A stretch of 64,000 nt of DNA from Takakia lepidozioides (Eukaryota; Plantae; Bryophyta), in assembly GCA_030704615.1 (NCBI GenBank), contig CM060734.1:57102001-57166000 (forward strand), read 5' to 3'. Both the position numbers and the translations under genes were made by a program. Numbering within the stretch: position 1 is the first letter of the stretch; every line of letters begins with the position of its first letter. The notes under the pieces were generated by a model. That model had not been told where the DNA came from. It saw only the letters and a program-made list of their open reading frames with translations, and made no database searches. Below, piece by piece: positions 1 through 12,299 of the stretch.

Positions 1-495
1 AATTACTAGTGTAATTCTTGAAGGCCAAACCCAGCTTTATTTTGAAGGTAAGTACTGCTCCTGAAGAGATTGGCAACTGCCTGCAGCTCCCCTTTTTACC
101 CCCTCACCCCCTCTTTTCTACCCCGTCCACACAAGGTGCAAATGACCACAAGGGCACTCTGGGAATAACAGTTACTCTCTTTCTCCACGGCTGGCTTTCT
201 GATAATTTATTTGTTTCTTTTGCTTTTCTCTGATAGGCTGTTTGGGCTTTTGCTAAGCTCCTTTCTATTTGTCTCTCTCTCTCTCTTCTCAGGGCGGTAT
301 GAAGATTTCTCTTTCTGCCCTCATCATTGGATTCTGAAAGACAGAATTGTGTAATTTTGACATGGCCCCATATATTACAGCCATTCATTGCCCATTCTGA
401 CTGACATATCAAAGTCAAGTTTGTTTAGCTTCAGCTACTGTCCTTTTCTCCACAACATGGGAAGTAACATAAAGTTACCAAGACACATTCCATAC

Positions 496-3400
496 CTCTG
501 CAGCACCGAAGGAATAGCCATACATCTCACTGATCCAGCCCTTCCCATATACATCACCCGTGATGTTGGTGCTCCAATGCTCCTTATCAGCCCGAACTTC
601 CTGTGTCTTTGAGAGCCAGAGCGGTGCAAAAACACGCAAGTCGTCAATATGCATGAGTATGAAGCCCCCCACCTTGTCACAGTATTCAGGGTGCTTTGTA
701 TGCAGTTTTGCCAGCTCGTTGTCACAGCCTTTCAGATACCTGCCATACACACACCCTATCCATTTCTCAAACCAAGGGAATTCCATAACCTGAAAAAGTA
801 ACTTCAATGCTAGGTTCTCATTCTCTCTCTCTCTCTCTCTTTCCTTGAATGTGGATATGTTCATTGTAACAACACTCAAGAACTGCCTGATCCCTCTGGC
901 TCTTTCTCCATCCTTGAGCATACATGACATTTCATGGCAAACTAATAGATGATATCTTGTGCTAGGCCCTGTCGCAGCAGCATAATAGAGTATATGTGTA
1001 CACCTTCTACATGATCCGGTCAATGTACATTGCTCTCTTGGCTGGTCTACTGTAGCCAATGCCTTAGGAAACCTGAAAATGAAAGGCTTGAGGAATTTTT
1101 TTCTCTCTCTCTCTTTCCTTGAATGTTGCTAAGATCATTATAGATAGCATTCAAGAATTGCCTAATCCCGTTATTCTGTTCAGATTTTTTTTGTCTACAA
1201 AGGAACGGGAAATTGGATAACGACTAGGGTGACTCATTAGGGTTCACCCTAGAGGTCTTAACCTAAAGCTGCTGCCCTATATGGTTAGTAAGCTTGGCCA
1301 CTCTTCTCATTTGGAAGAGGAGCAGGCAAGAGCTGAAGGAGCTGACTATACTATGGCTACAAGCAAGGTATCCATTCAGACTCCTTCAACACTGTGATGG
1401 GCTGCTTAGTATGGCAACACAAAGTGTGTTGACACAATGAGGAAGTTACATGGACTTGACTAAGCTCTACTCTGAGTCTAGGAACACTTGAGCAAAACCA
1501 AGGGCTTCTATATGGGTCCTTGCTTGAGTACTTGGTCTTCCTTTTTGGGAATAGGTGCTTGTTGTCAAGCTTACTCACATGGATTTCATTAAGCTCTACT
1601 CTGAGTCTAGGAACACTTGAGCAAAACCAAGGGCTTCTATATGGGTCCTTGCTTGAGTACTTGATCTTCCTTTTTGGGAATAGGTGCTTGTTGTCATGCT
1701 TACTCACATGGATTTCATTAAGCTCTACTCTGATTCTATGAATGCTTTTGCGAACCAAAGACCTCTATGTGTCCCCTTGCTTGAGTACTTGGCTCTAGTG
1801 ACAGCTTCCTTTTGGGAATGGGTGCTTACCGAATGAGACCCCCCCTCCCTCTGGAGCATGGGCTGAAATAGGTGCTGCTGATTTCTGTACCTATGTTGAC
1901 TAAAATGGCTGAAAGGACCTCCCCTACCTCTCCTCTCTTTGCTAGTATGACCTGTTGCAAGGATGACATTGAAAACAAATGTGAAGGGGTTTAAGCCTGG
2001 GGGTCCACAGGGATCACTAACCTGTTGGTAGTTGGTTGGCTGTGATCCAGGTGATGCCATTTCACCTTCTTTAGTTGCAGGAAATGGTACTAAGGGCAAG
2101 AGACTAAGGAAGTGCGGCATTGAACTCTCTCAAACCTCAAATCTGTTTGTATGTGTTGATTGTACACATACTACTGCTGTTTTGCTCTGTTTGGTTTGAT
2201 GGATGTATGAGCTTGTAACCTACATGGAGCTATTCATTTGTCCAACCAAGGGAATTACATAACGTGAAAATTAACTTCAATGCTAGGTTCTCTCTCTCTC
2301 TCTCTCTCTCTGGACTTTGAAGTACCTTTCTACCTTTTGTGGTCAATGGCCACAAGGCTACGGCAAACAACGTCTTATGAGTGCATTCTCTCTCTGGACT
2401 TTGAAGTACCTTTCTTTCTTCTTCTATTGCCCTCTATATTACGAGATCCGTGGGGGATTCCACTGTCTATTCCGCGGAACTCAATCTCTCACTGAAGTCT
2501 TCCACTATGAGGATCAGAAATGCTTGGCAGCTTACCTGCACAAGCCCTTCACCCTTAGACAATCCCTCGAGCAAAAGCTTTATTTTTGGCTCGGGTTTTG
2601 TTTCCTCTCTCATGTTTATTTCCATTTTGTCCCATAAGCTCTATGAGCTTTCCGCGGACGTTATAAACTACCATTTCATTTCTTTCATTCTCTCTCTACT
2701 CCCACTTGACATAAATAATGCAAACTATCAAAGAAACAAAAACATTCACACCAAGAAAGTGACACACCCATATCGTGCTGCCACAGGCTTGCCACGCTCA
2801 GCTCCACCTTCCCAGGCAGTAATAGGGCGCCTTAGAATTTGATCAGCATCTAGAATGAGCACCCAATCAACCGTGTTCGAATCTTGGCTACTATTGAGCC
2901 AGTGGACCACGCCTGCAGGTTTATTGATTGCTGGATACCTGAACCCATAGTTGTTGGTGCAAACAACTGTTAAGGGATCCAAAGTAGTAATTCTTCAGAG
3001 TCTGCAAACACCTAACACGAGCTAGGAATAGGCTGCACATAAGGCTGATGAGCAGAGGTTCAACAAAGCACTCAAATACATTGCGGTGCTGGATCCCATC
3101 ACCCGAAGTTTGGCATGCTATAACTGAACATCCCATTGAAAGGTTAAACAGAGAGCATACCAGTCACCAGTAATGGGGTTGTGACTCATAGAGGGAACGA
3201 CATGTGTGGGTGCCAAGTCCATGCCCCGGTAAGACTTCAATTCCTCATCGGTGCAGCTCAAGAGGCGGGTGATGGGTCCAGGCTGCCCACTCTTTCTGAA
3301 GCTGTGCATGAGTCCCACAGTCTGCCAATCAAAGTATACACCACACTCCACTGAAAAAAGTGTGTGCATCCGCCATGGAGGATTCGTCGAGTTATCGAGA

Positions 3401-3546
3401 ACATCTCCTGGGAACTCCTTGGGATCATTCAAAATTCTTGCACTGGAAACGTGTACCATTTGCAGTATCCACAAGGCAATTAGAGCCCACCAAAGCTGCC
3501 AGCCTTTGGCAAACGCCATTACTCTCCAGTCCAATGGAAAGGCCAT
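496..3546 (-). CDS. SERGT1: Peptidyl-serine alpha-galactosyltransferase, first 3 coding exons (3161-3546 or 3519, 2768-2938, 496-739); gene continues off the left edge
   Basis: Signal-peptide-like N-terminus; RMHTLFSVECGVYFDWQTVGLMHSF, WYPAINKPAGVVHWL, ILDADQILRRPI and CDKVGG...GWISEMYGYSFGAAE match plant SERGT1; GT-AG junctions join in frame. Confidence 0.9.
1462..1830. repeat. 129-bp tandem repeat (2 near-perfect copies plus a degenerate third) in a SERGT1 intron
   Basis: aagctctactctga starts at 1462, 1591 and 1720. Confidence 0.9.
2332..2394 (+). mobile_element. Extremely 5'-truncated RTEX-like LINE 3' end
   Basis: ggtcaatggccacaaggctacggcaaacaacgtcttatgagt is shared with copies near 31 kb and 62.1 kb; flanked by 21-bp duplication tggactttgaagtacctttct (2311-2331, 2395-2415). 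Confidence 0.8.
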
Positions 3547-5554
3547 CTCTATCACTCTCTCTACTGTCTTATTTTCCACACTTCCAGTTCTTATTGTCAA
3601 GTCGAACACCTCTATGACTCTCCTCGGAAAATGACCTAAATTGGAATTTCGATATGGGCATCCATCACAGGGCCCAAGTAAGAACGCCATTTTGAGCTAC
3701 AGTACACTCACTCAGACTCCCTAGAAAGAAGAAATCACGCCTTTCCACACAGTAAGACCGCCTACTAAGGACCAGTTTACAGACAGCGCTGTACACCATA
3801 TCAGAATGTTGTGTTGACAAAGAATTGATAAAAGTAATCTTCTTGGGTTTGAATTGAAGTCGAAATCTCAAAGGCTCATGAACCATTGCAGAATGCCTGC
3901 ATTGGCTGCACGAAGAATCTAACTCCCTTACGCCAGGAAATCTGAACTAAGTAAATCTATCAACCACTCAAGGTACGTATCTGAACGGCCAAAACTTTAC
4001 GAATCTACTCCGTCTGTAGTTGGAGGCATTCAGAACTATAGAGAGATTGCCCATGCGTAGGCCTGGGAGCTCAAAGTGACTCGGGGAAGCTTCTCTTTGC
4101 ACCACCCCTGTCTGAATGATGTACGCACCTCCAAGCTACATCACTTACAAGACGCAGGTGAACATGCAGCCTGTACAAAAATGCTGTCATCCTCACGCAA
4201 TCATTCTCAAAGCACGAACGAGCTCATCGCCATTGAACAAAACAAGGACGAAGTAAAAGCCTCGTTGACTAGAACACAGAACCCACAATGGCACAAACCA
4301 TCCCACCGCACACTCATGTTTCGTGCTGTAATGGCTGTCACCCGCACGGAGAAAGGACAAATCGCAGGACAGAGGTATTGTCCACAGCCCCCCAACCCAT
4401 GTGTCGATACAAATAGTCCAAGCTGAAAATGACCGACATCGGCTAACCTACCCCAAATCTCAGCATGACAGAAGAAAACTCCAACCTTGGCAGGTGTGCA
4501 GAGACAGGGAGCTATGGGTCACATTCGATGGATGAATACCGCAATAATCACTGTAACCTATACATTCCTGGCTGATACAGTGAAGACATGATGGAGAAAA
4601 CAAAACTGAGTTTTCCAACTTGTCTGTCACGACATTGATCAAATGTTGTTCAGCGACGCTCGCAGCAACATTCAAAGAGTGACTGTCTCTCTCCGATCGC
4701 TGCACGCAGCAGCAGCATTTATGTAATAGATAATGCTCCATCAGAAGATGGATACCAGCTGGCACCATTAACTCGTCAAGGATCATCATTGGTTATCGCA
4801 CTGAATGCTATTCACGAAAATGGACCTCAGTGTTTGAAAATGTTGAAAAGGCATGCTTTATGAACATTTTCCAGTGTAGGTGCATCTACTGTTCCTAGTA
4901 TGTAACTATGTCCTTTGCAGGCTTTAGTGGGGGAGTGCAAAGGGACACAATAGTGAGGCATTCAATGCAGTTGCTGCACTGGGCTGCCCGCTGTCTGGAG
5001 CTACCGGCCTCTGCAAGTGCGCCATAAAGACGCATTGAAGACATAGATGCTCTCACTTTGCATGCTCCAGGTGCAATGTCAAGGTACTGATCAAGTACAT
5101 GATAGTACCCCACAAAGGGTACATTATCACAGTCTCAGACCCTTCTCCTTGGCTTTTTAACACGAATGGATTCTCCATTGTAGGTGAGTGGTATTCATCC
5201 TCCGAATCGATGAGTGCATGTGGGTAAGTCCTGCTCCAACTCTCCACTAATGATGTGATCCTGGCGGACAAAAGAACTTAGCCACTCTTGAAATGTGTAT
5301 GACTCAAGAGTCAAAAGTTTGGAGTTTGGATATCCTCTTGGGCTCAAGTTGAGAGTGAGGATACAATGACCAACTCCCAAGATAAATGACATCACACACT
5401 TTTTTTCCAAATCATCCCAAACAAGTGACGTGTGGCTTCTTTGCTAATAGTGAAATGTACTTTCGTCCAAGTTGTAGCTCACCGGTAATGGGCACATGCC
5501 ACCTCGGAGTGGTTGTGGGTTCAATCCACACCTTTGTGTCACAAAGGTGTCCAC

Positions 5555-6395
5555 CAGTGTTGGACCGGTATATATGGTCAGACCTGGGTATACATTAAAG
5601 CTATGAGTAATGGTACGAAGAACCATACCCTAGTGGTATGAAAGAACATTACACCCATTTACATAACCGACTGGGGTGGATATTGAGTCAAGGAATTGTT
5701 GGTCCATACCATTGTCTCTGCTTTTATGCTGCCTGCGAAACCATTATTGAGGGTTGCAAGTGGCGATGGAGCTCAATATAAGTAGGGATATGAACAAGTA
5801 GGGTATGAATATGAGCTCCACTCAGCACTTGAGACATATCAGGCAGTGCAGGCTGAACAAATTGCTCACACTTTTGACAACCAGCATGTAGCCCAGTGGT
5901 AATGGGCACATAGCACGTTGGATGTGGTTGTGGGTTCAAACCACGGTCTGGTGTGTCATGAAGGCGTTCACCTTTTAGCTGGAAGGCAGTAGCCCTTGTG
6001 GTGAAGTGACACCATAAGTTACCGCTTCCTTTGGGAGGCGTCATACTTGCTCACACTTTCCGGGGGGAAGTGGAAATCTGGTCCTGGCTACCATGATTGG
6101 GTAGAAAAATAACTGAAAGACAGTCTGACAATTGTACTATATACAAAGGCTCAGCAACATAACCACCATACCAATGCTCATATACCCCCCACTATCAATA
6201 TTAAAAAAAATAATACCAATACCATACCGATACACTATCCATTTTAGAAGACCTATTACCCTATTGATACCATTAATACTCTATCAGGTCATACCTGCCA
6301 CCATACCCTTATTAGCCTGGTATGCAATAGCGACTCAGATCCTTCATACCAGGTCCAGTCTGGTATTTAAAATAACATATACCTGTCCAACACTG
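5555..6395. mobile_element. Non-autonomous hAT element (MITE)
   Basis: TIRs CAGTGTTGGACCGGTATAT / ATATACCTGTCCAACACTG (18/19); perfect 8-bp TSD GTGTCCAC (5547-5554, 6396-6403); many atacc subterminal motifs. Confidence 0.9.
5887..6047 (+). mobile_element. tRNA-derived SINE-like element inside the MITE
   Basis: tagcccagtggt (A box), ggttcaaacc (B box), same body and 3' end gggaggcgtcatact. Confidence 0.7.
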
Positions 6396-6650
6396 GTGTC
6401 CACCTTCCTACTGGCAGTAGCCCTTGGGGGTCAAGAGACACCATAATTTACGCTTCCTTGGGGAGGCGCCATACTTTCTACTTTCATCCATAATAAACCT
6501 GAAAAATCATCCATTTATTTTCATAAATTGTATAAGAAAGATGTTATCTAAGCCAGCAGGCCTGGTATTGCATTGAGAAGCATATGAGGTTTTGAGCAAA
6601 GGAGAGGTAACGCCTATTTGATGCGCCTAGTCTCATCTTTAGTAGATAAT

Positions 6651-6781
6651 AGTATTTGACGCATCCCGAAGGAAGCGTAAATTATGGTGTCTCTTGTCTC
6701 TTCACCCGGAAGGGTTATTGCCTCCCGCTAGGAAGGTGGACACCTTTGATAAGTGGATTGAACCCACAACCACTTCCGAGG
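6651..6781 (-). mobile_element. Third, inverted and 5'-truncated SINE-like copy
   Basis: Reverse complement of the B box (ggattgaaccc) and of the body (ggaagcgtaaattatggtgtc). Confidence 0.65.
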
Positions 6782-6907
6782 CTAAAGATAATAATATTTT
6801 ACACACCTAAACGGAGATGGGGATCACCCGCAAGGCTAGAATTTGGGCGAGCAAAAACAGCACAATGGCTAGCCGGATGAAAGCAAACAGCCTATGCGCC
6901 TGTTTAA

Positions 6908-7460
6908 CCCTCAAACGATGAACTACCTTTTGGTGGGCCCACTAAAAAAACGTGCATATGTACCCTCATGGATGAGGGTGTAACTTTTACCCCCAATCAT
7001 CCATGGGGATGAACCTTAGACACATATCTACTACATCCACGTCCTGTCAAAAGTGTAGACAATTTGACCGTTGCATTTGGGAGATTATAACAAAATAATC
7101 TGCCCCAATTTGTAAATATATTCCAAAATTGCATGGAAAAAATTGCTTGGCCACAAAATTCAAGTATCGAGTTGAATTTTTTCCAGCACACAGACCCTCC
7201 ATAATCTGATTATATTATGGCACCTAAAGGACTGCCTCCCCCAAAAATCAGACCAAAATTCCAAAATTGAGATAGGCTACTTTGTATGTGAAATCTGGGG
7301 GATAAATTGTCATGTTTTGACTTCTTTCCCAAGTACACCCATGAGGTGATATTTGTTTTCTAATTCCTCTGGTAAATAAGTGCTCACTAACATTATGCCT
7401 TGTCCAAACTTTTTGGCATTATGATAAATTTTCAGCCTAGATGTTATTTACAAAAGCCTC
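6908..7460. mobile_element. Partial copy of the TTAA-flanked MITE seen at 22733-23512
   Basis: About 500 bp colinear similarity with 22733-23270; begins ttaa|ccc. Confidence 0.6.
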
Positions 7461-8756
7461 TCATTTTTTAATAATAGGGTCATGATTGCACAAGCGGGCC
7501 CCGCCAGGACGGCCCTTGGGGTGAGCTCATAAGACCACCGCCCATTCACCGGATCGGCCAGATTCTGAAATTTTTCTAAGTCCTTGTTCATCTACCGTGG
7601 CGGACTTTCTAGCAGACCGGGCAAACCCTCCAACACACCGACTCCAACCTTCTAGCAGACAGGCAGGCAGACCCTCCAGTAGACCGGGCAAACCCCCCTC
7701 CAGCAGACCTCCAGCAGACCGGCAGACCCTTCGACAAAATATATATTTAATAACACACATTACTGCCGCAATACAACCTGATAGGATTTGAACACTACAC
7801 CTTGTATTCATAGTACATTGCTCTTAACCACCACACTAGAGTGATCTTCCGCCCACTGGTGAGGGTTGTGATTGTCTTTTCATCAGCAATCAGAAGTCGA
7901 CATAGTTGCTGACACACAGTTGCAAAGAAGGTAGAGAGGCCATTTGGTGCTTCAAAGTAAATTGTTTAATAACCGAAGATTCATTCCGACAAAGAATATT
8001 TTGTGCTACTGGAGTCGGCGTCCAAAACGAAGGCAGAACTGTCTATGAAGACACTAGCCCTGCTTTGCACAAAACCCTTTCTGTTTAAAAGCAAACCAGG
8101 GAAAAAGAGAGGAGACTAAATTCCGAAGCTGCAGCCTCCGCATAACATGGCAATTTAAAATCTGCTTTCGGACTTGGGAAAAATTGCGGGTTTGCAAAAA
8201 AAGGGAGGAACCGTGGCGACCTTGGGCTCCTGTACACACAAACAAACAATGTAAGTCCATATACATTCAGCTGGCCCAACTTGTGCAGGAAAGATGGAAA
8301 TGGAAGGATACGCCGTCGTGTCAGTGAATTGCCACAACTGAACTAGCACTTACTCACATGATAAATCAGAATCAACATCCAGAGCATCGGGCTCTTGCAG
8401 ATCCTGCTCCACAACAATGTTCTCAGTCTGGGTCGAATTGTCGCGGCCCTTTGCCTTGAGGGCAGGGGGTCGGGACACGAGAGGGGCTGCCCCTGTGGTG
8501 GGGGCAGTGACAACAAAAGAGGCGAATGCGCTCACTAGGTGGAGCCCCACACACCGGGTTGCGGTGGGGGTGGTTCCACGAGGGGTGGTGGTAGCTTAGT
8601 GGGACTTAGTGGGGGTGACATAGGACTCACCATGGGGGCGGAGACCTTGTGGTGGGAGTCGTGGGGAGTCTTGGGACTCATCACGGTCCAAGGGGACCGT
8701 GGTGGGTAGGCCAAGACTCACCGCGACTCATCACCGGGAATCGAGGGTTTTCGTGG

Positions 8757-9170
8757 AGAATCTTATCCATAACCCTCTGAAACTCTACAGGAGCATTCTT
8801 CAACCCAAACGGTAGGAACCGCCATTGGTACAAGCAATCCTTCCCATGTTGGTCAATCCCCCAGAATGCCGTCTTTTGCTTGTCAGATTGGCAACTGGTG
8901 GTAACCGGATTGCAAGTCCAATGTGCTAAACACCTTTGCATGCCCAATGGCATCAAAGATTTCCTCTGGAGTTGGCATGGCATATCTATCGGACTTAGTC
9001 TGACGGTTCACAGGACGATAGTCCCCACACATCCTTCTTTCTGTCCAATTGCCATAGATATCATTCTTAGCTGGCATCACCGTTGCCGAGGCATACTCCC
9101 CGCCTGACAACTCCACCAATCCAGCTTCGAACAACTTCATAGTCCGTGACTGGATCAATTACCTCTCCAT
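8757..9170 (-). pseudogene. Gypsy reverse transcriptase, N-terminal half (ends before YxDD)
   Basis: RMCGDYRPVN, YAMPTPEEIFD, FSTLDLQSGYHQ, KTAF, LPFGLKNAPVEFQRVMD. Confidence 0.9.
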
Positions 9171-9799
9171 GTCACTATACCGGTAGGGCCTTCAAAAGAT
9201 TGACGTGTCACTAATCAATACGAATCTCCTGACCCTTCAAACTCCCCAAATCCTTCAAACCGAAGGCAAAGCAATTTCTATAAACCCTTAGAAATTGCTC
9301 AATCCTCCGTCTCTCTCCTCCGGTGACTGTAGGTCCAACATCTGGTTCCCAATTGTCCTCAGTGACTGCAACCTTGGGTACATCAAGCTTAGGGGTAGGA
9401 GACGAATCATTTGGTTGCTAGATAACAACCTCTTGGGCCTTGTCCGCCCAATCTGATTGTGGCGTAGCCTCCATTTGCTCTGCAATAACCACCTTGAGAA
9501 CATCCTCTGGGGAAGAAACATTCTCAACCTCTTCAAAAACATTGGTCACCTTGGCCTCCAGCTGATCCTCAGTGTATGGCTCTCCCCACTCCTCATATTG
9601 TTGCTTGAGAGATCCAAGGACTCTCTCTTTCCGCATCTCATCCCACATCTGTCATGGGTGTTTGTACCCCATGATCCTGTGCTCGCCCCCACTCACTGCC
9701 TCAACCATCCCAGTTGGTAGAGGTGATACAATACCAAATGGGAATGCAAAAATAGCCACCACTGTCTGCAACCTCCGTTGCTCAGCCATGCACAAGCCA

Positions 9800-10760
9800 A
9801 TGACCCATGTCAAGCAATTTAGATCCATTGCTTGATCCAACACATGTCGGCGTGATGCCTTTGACAAAGCTGGCACAGCTGTAGTGCCCGTGGCAAATCC
9901 CATTGCCCGCTCTCGCTCATCTGCATTGGGCTCCACCAATTATTGTAGCGCATTGTCCCAAATCAACCCAGGACCATTATCTCAAAAAGCATGAGATGAG
10001 GGAAAGCTCATGAGCGTAGGCAAGGCCGCACGTGGCTGCCCCACTCAATTTACCACTGCTAGAGGTGGACGGTCATCATGTCGCACCCTCTGTGGTTGCG
10101 ACCCTTAGTCCAAAATGCCCTCAACTGTGAGATTGGGTGGCCGTTGAATGGAATCGTATGTTCTCTTGAGCAACTCTGGTGGTGCAAGATTGGTCCACCA
10201 CAATCGAGGTCGATACGCTCGTGATCCCATCGCTGTTGCATCCAATAGCACCGCCGATCCAATCCAATACCACACCTGATGCACACTGGCCGTAACCCTG
10301 GCCCGAGAGTCCCTCATAAGAGGAACATTCTCGAAGATATAGGCTAGAGGTTGCACTTGTTTCGTCTGCAAGTCACGCAACACTCTCAACATCTCCCAAA
10401 ACAAATGCGATCGTGCATCATGCAAGCCGTTCCCATGACCTGCAGGAGAGTGTCCTTGGCAAGGCCATCCAGCTATCACCAAGTCAATGGCACCATGCAC
10501 GTCCAAATCATCCGCCCCCAGCAAGGTAATGTATGTTGGCAAGGCCTTTTGATACCCTTGAATTGCTGAGAGAGGCAACAACTCAGGATACCGGTGTGTG
10601 AGCAAGGCGATGTGGCGCATAGAAATACGCCGAGCTATTTCATCCTTCTCCACATACAAGTACTTGCGTACTTTAATCCCAGCTTGCAACACTCATGTAA
10701 GCCCAGTGCTCATGCCTCCAAACAAGTCTAGCAAACAAATCCCTGAGTCAGGTGGTTGCC
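9800..10760 (-). pseudogene. C5 cytosine DNA methyltransferase domain (DNMT3-like motif spelling) inside pol
   Basis: One frame with stops: motif I LLDLFGGMSTG (10696-10740), II VEKD, IV DLVIAGWPCQGHS, VI YIFENV, VIII RAYRPRLWWTNL, TRD LPTLMS, IX ERERAMGF, X RRHVLDQAMD. Confidence 0.9.
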
Positions 10761-11169
10761 AGGTAATGGGCACTGTATCCAAAGGAGCTAACTGAGGAGG
10801 TCCAGGTGATGTCACTGAACTCCCCTCACTCACCAATGGGAGGCCTCCTGCCATGCTTGGTGCACACACTCGCCTGCTACTCGATGCAAATTCCTAACTG
10901 TACCCCACAGTGGAATATGAACAGACACATGAGGAAGCAAATCAGCCTTGTATACCAGTTGTTTGTCCTCATCAGGCGGTGGCCTATTATCTGCATGGCT
11001 ATTGCCCTCCAAGAGCTCACCACCCCAAGCCACTATCCCCAAGAATGCAGCCAATGTGGGCATCATGTTCCTATGATCCACCGCTACATTCCCAATAAAC
11101 CGCACTGGGAGCAGTGCACGCCGACCATCCCCTGACTGTCATTCCGACATGTAGGATGTCGTTTCCTCC

Positions 11170-11500
11170 CAAAAGTCCAAAGTAAAGCCCATCGGGTATA
11201 ACACAGCCCCACCAACAAGCACATTATAAGACATCGCGTCCGTAACAATGGCTTTAGCTCTCAGGACAGAGCCATTTGTAGGATGATCTGGCTGCAATCA
11301 AAGGAAGAGTTCATGGCGTGTAATCCCTTGTGCCTTCTCTAAACCGCCCAAAGATGTTTGAATTTGGAAAGGACAAGGCTCCAAATCCGCCTCTGTAAGG
11401 CTCAAGCCTGCAATTGCTGCTTTCCCCAACATCAATGGCTGTGCTCCCGAGTCCAACAAGACCCGCAGTGGCCTATACCTCCTCCCAGCCGAGCCACCCA
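11170..11500 (-). pseudogene. Retrotransposon aspartic protease
   Basis: RVLLDSGAQPLMLG catalytic motif at about 11445-11460. Confidence 0.8.
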
Positions 11501-12299
11501 ACTGAAACATATCATCCTGATTGTCCACCAGGACTACCCTAGGAGTCATCATACTACGCTCAATGGCTGGTCTAGCTGGCAACTCTTGCAACCTTACAGC
11601 TGCCGCTTGCCATGGCGCAACTGTGGCTGTTTTCACCCTTGAATCCAAGGCATCCATGCAATGCACCTGATCCGCTATGCCTGCCAGATAGTGCCGATGC
11701 ATCACCACTCTTACAGAGTGCAGCTGCCAGTCTAAACACTGCAATTGGCCGCATCCCTGGCATTGCAATTGTCGTGGCAGAAAATAATGGAGCTTGGCAA
11801 ATTGCCGTAGCCGCCCCCAACAATGTACTGGCTGCACCTTGCTTTGCAGTACCACCCATTGGCATTTCCCGGGCTACACCAACTCTCCCCACCGGTACTC
11901 GTGGCTCTACCTCTGACACACTTGGGCGAGCGGGTACCATCGATGGCGTAGTTGGCACTATCTCAACCAATGTGAAAGACTGTGGAAGCCTTGTCTGTTG
12001 ACTTGCTTCCCCTCTTTGTGGATCAAAATCCACATCTGCTCCTCTTGGCTCAGGAGTACGCGTTGCTGCTCGAGTGACAGCAGCTGCAGAGTCCACATGC
12101 AATGGTCCTATAAGTGCGGCTCCACACATGAAGCCCATACCAATTTGGTCTTCCCTAGGCATAGGAGGTTGTGCAGGTGGGGCTTGAACCTCAGGCCTTG
12201 GAGCTGGCGCAACATGAGTAGTGGCCATGGTAGCAAGACGTTGCTCTAGCTGGGCAAGCCTATCCACCATGCCTTGGTCATGACCTTGACCTTGACCCT

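Larger units (their letters stand above)
5473..6475 (+). mobile_element. tRNA-derived SINE-like element split by a hAT MITE (head 5473-5554, tail 6396-6475)
   Basis: A-box-like tagctcaccggt and B-box ggttcaatcc; tail ggcagtagccc...gggaggcgccatact aligns with the intact copy at 5887-6047. Confidence 0.7.

Noticed and set aside
740-1059. N-terminal part of ORF 475..1059 as SERGT1 coding sequence
   Set aside because: Homology and splice phase place the acceptor at 740; the upstream part is intronic and includes a (GA)n run
4076-5410. Short ORFs upstream of SERGT1
   Set aside because: No recognisable domain or consistent exon chain
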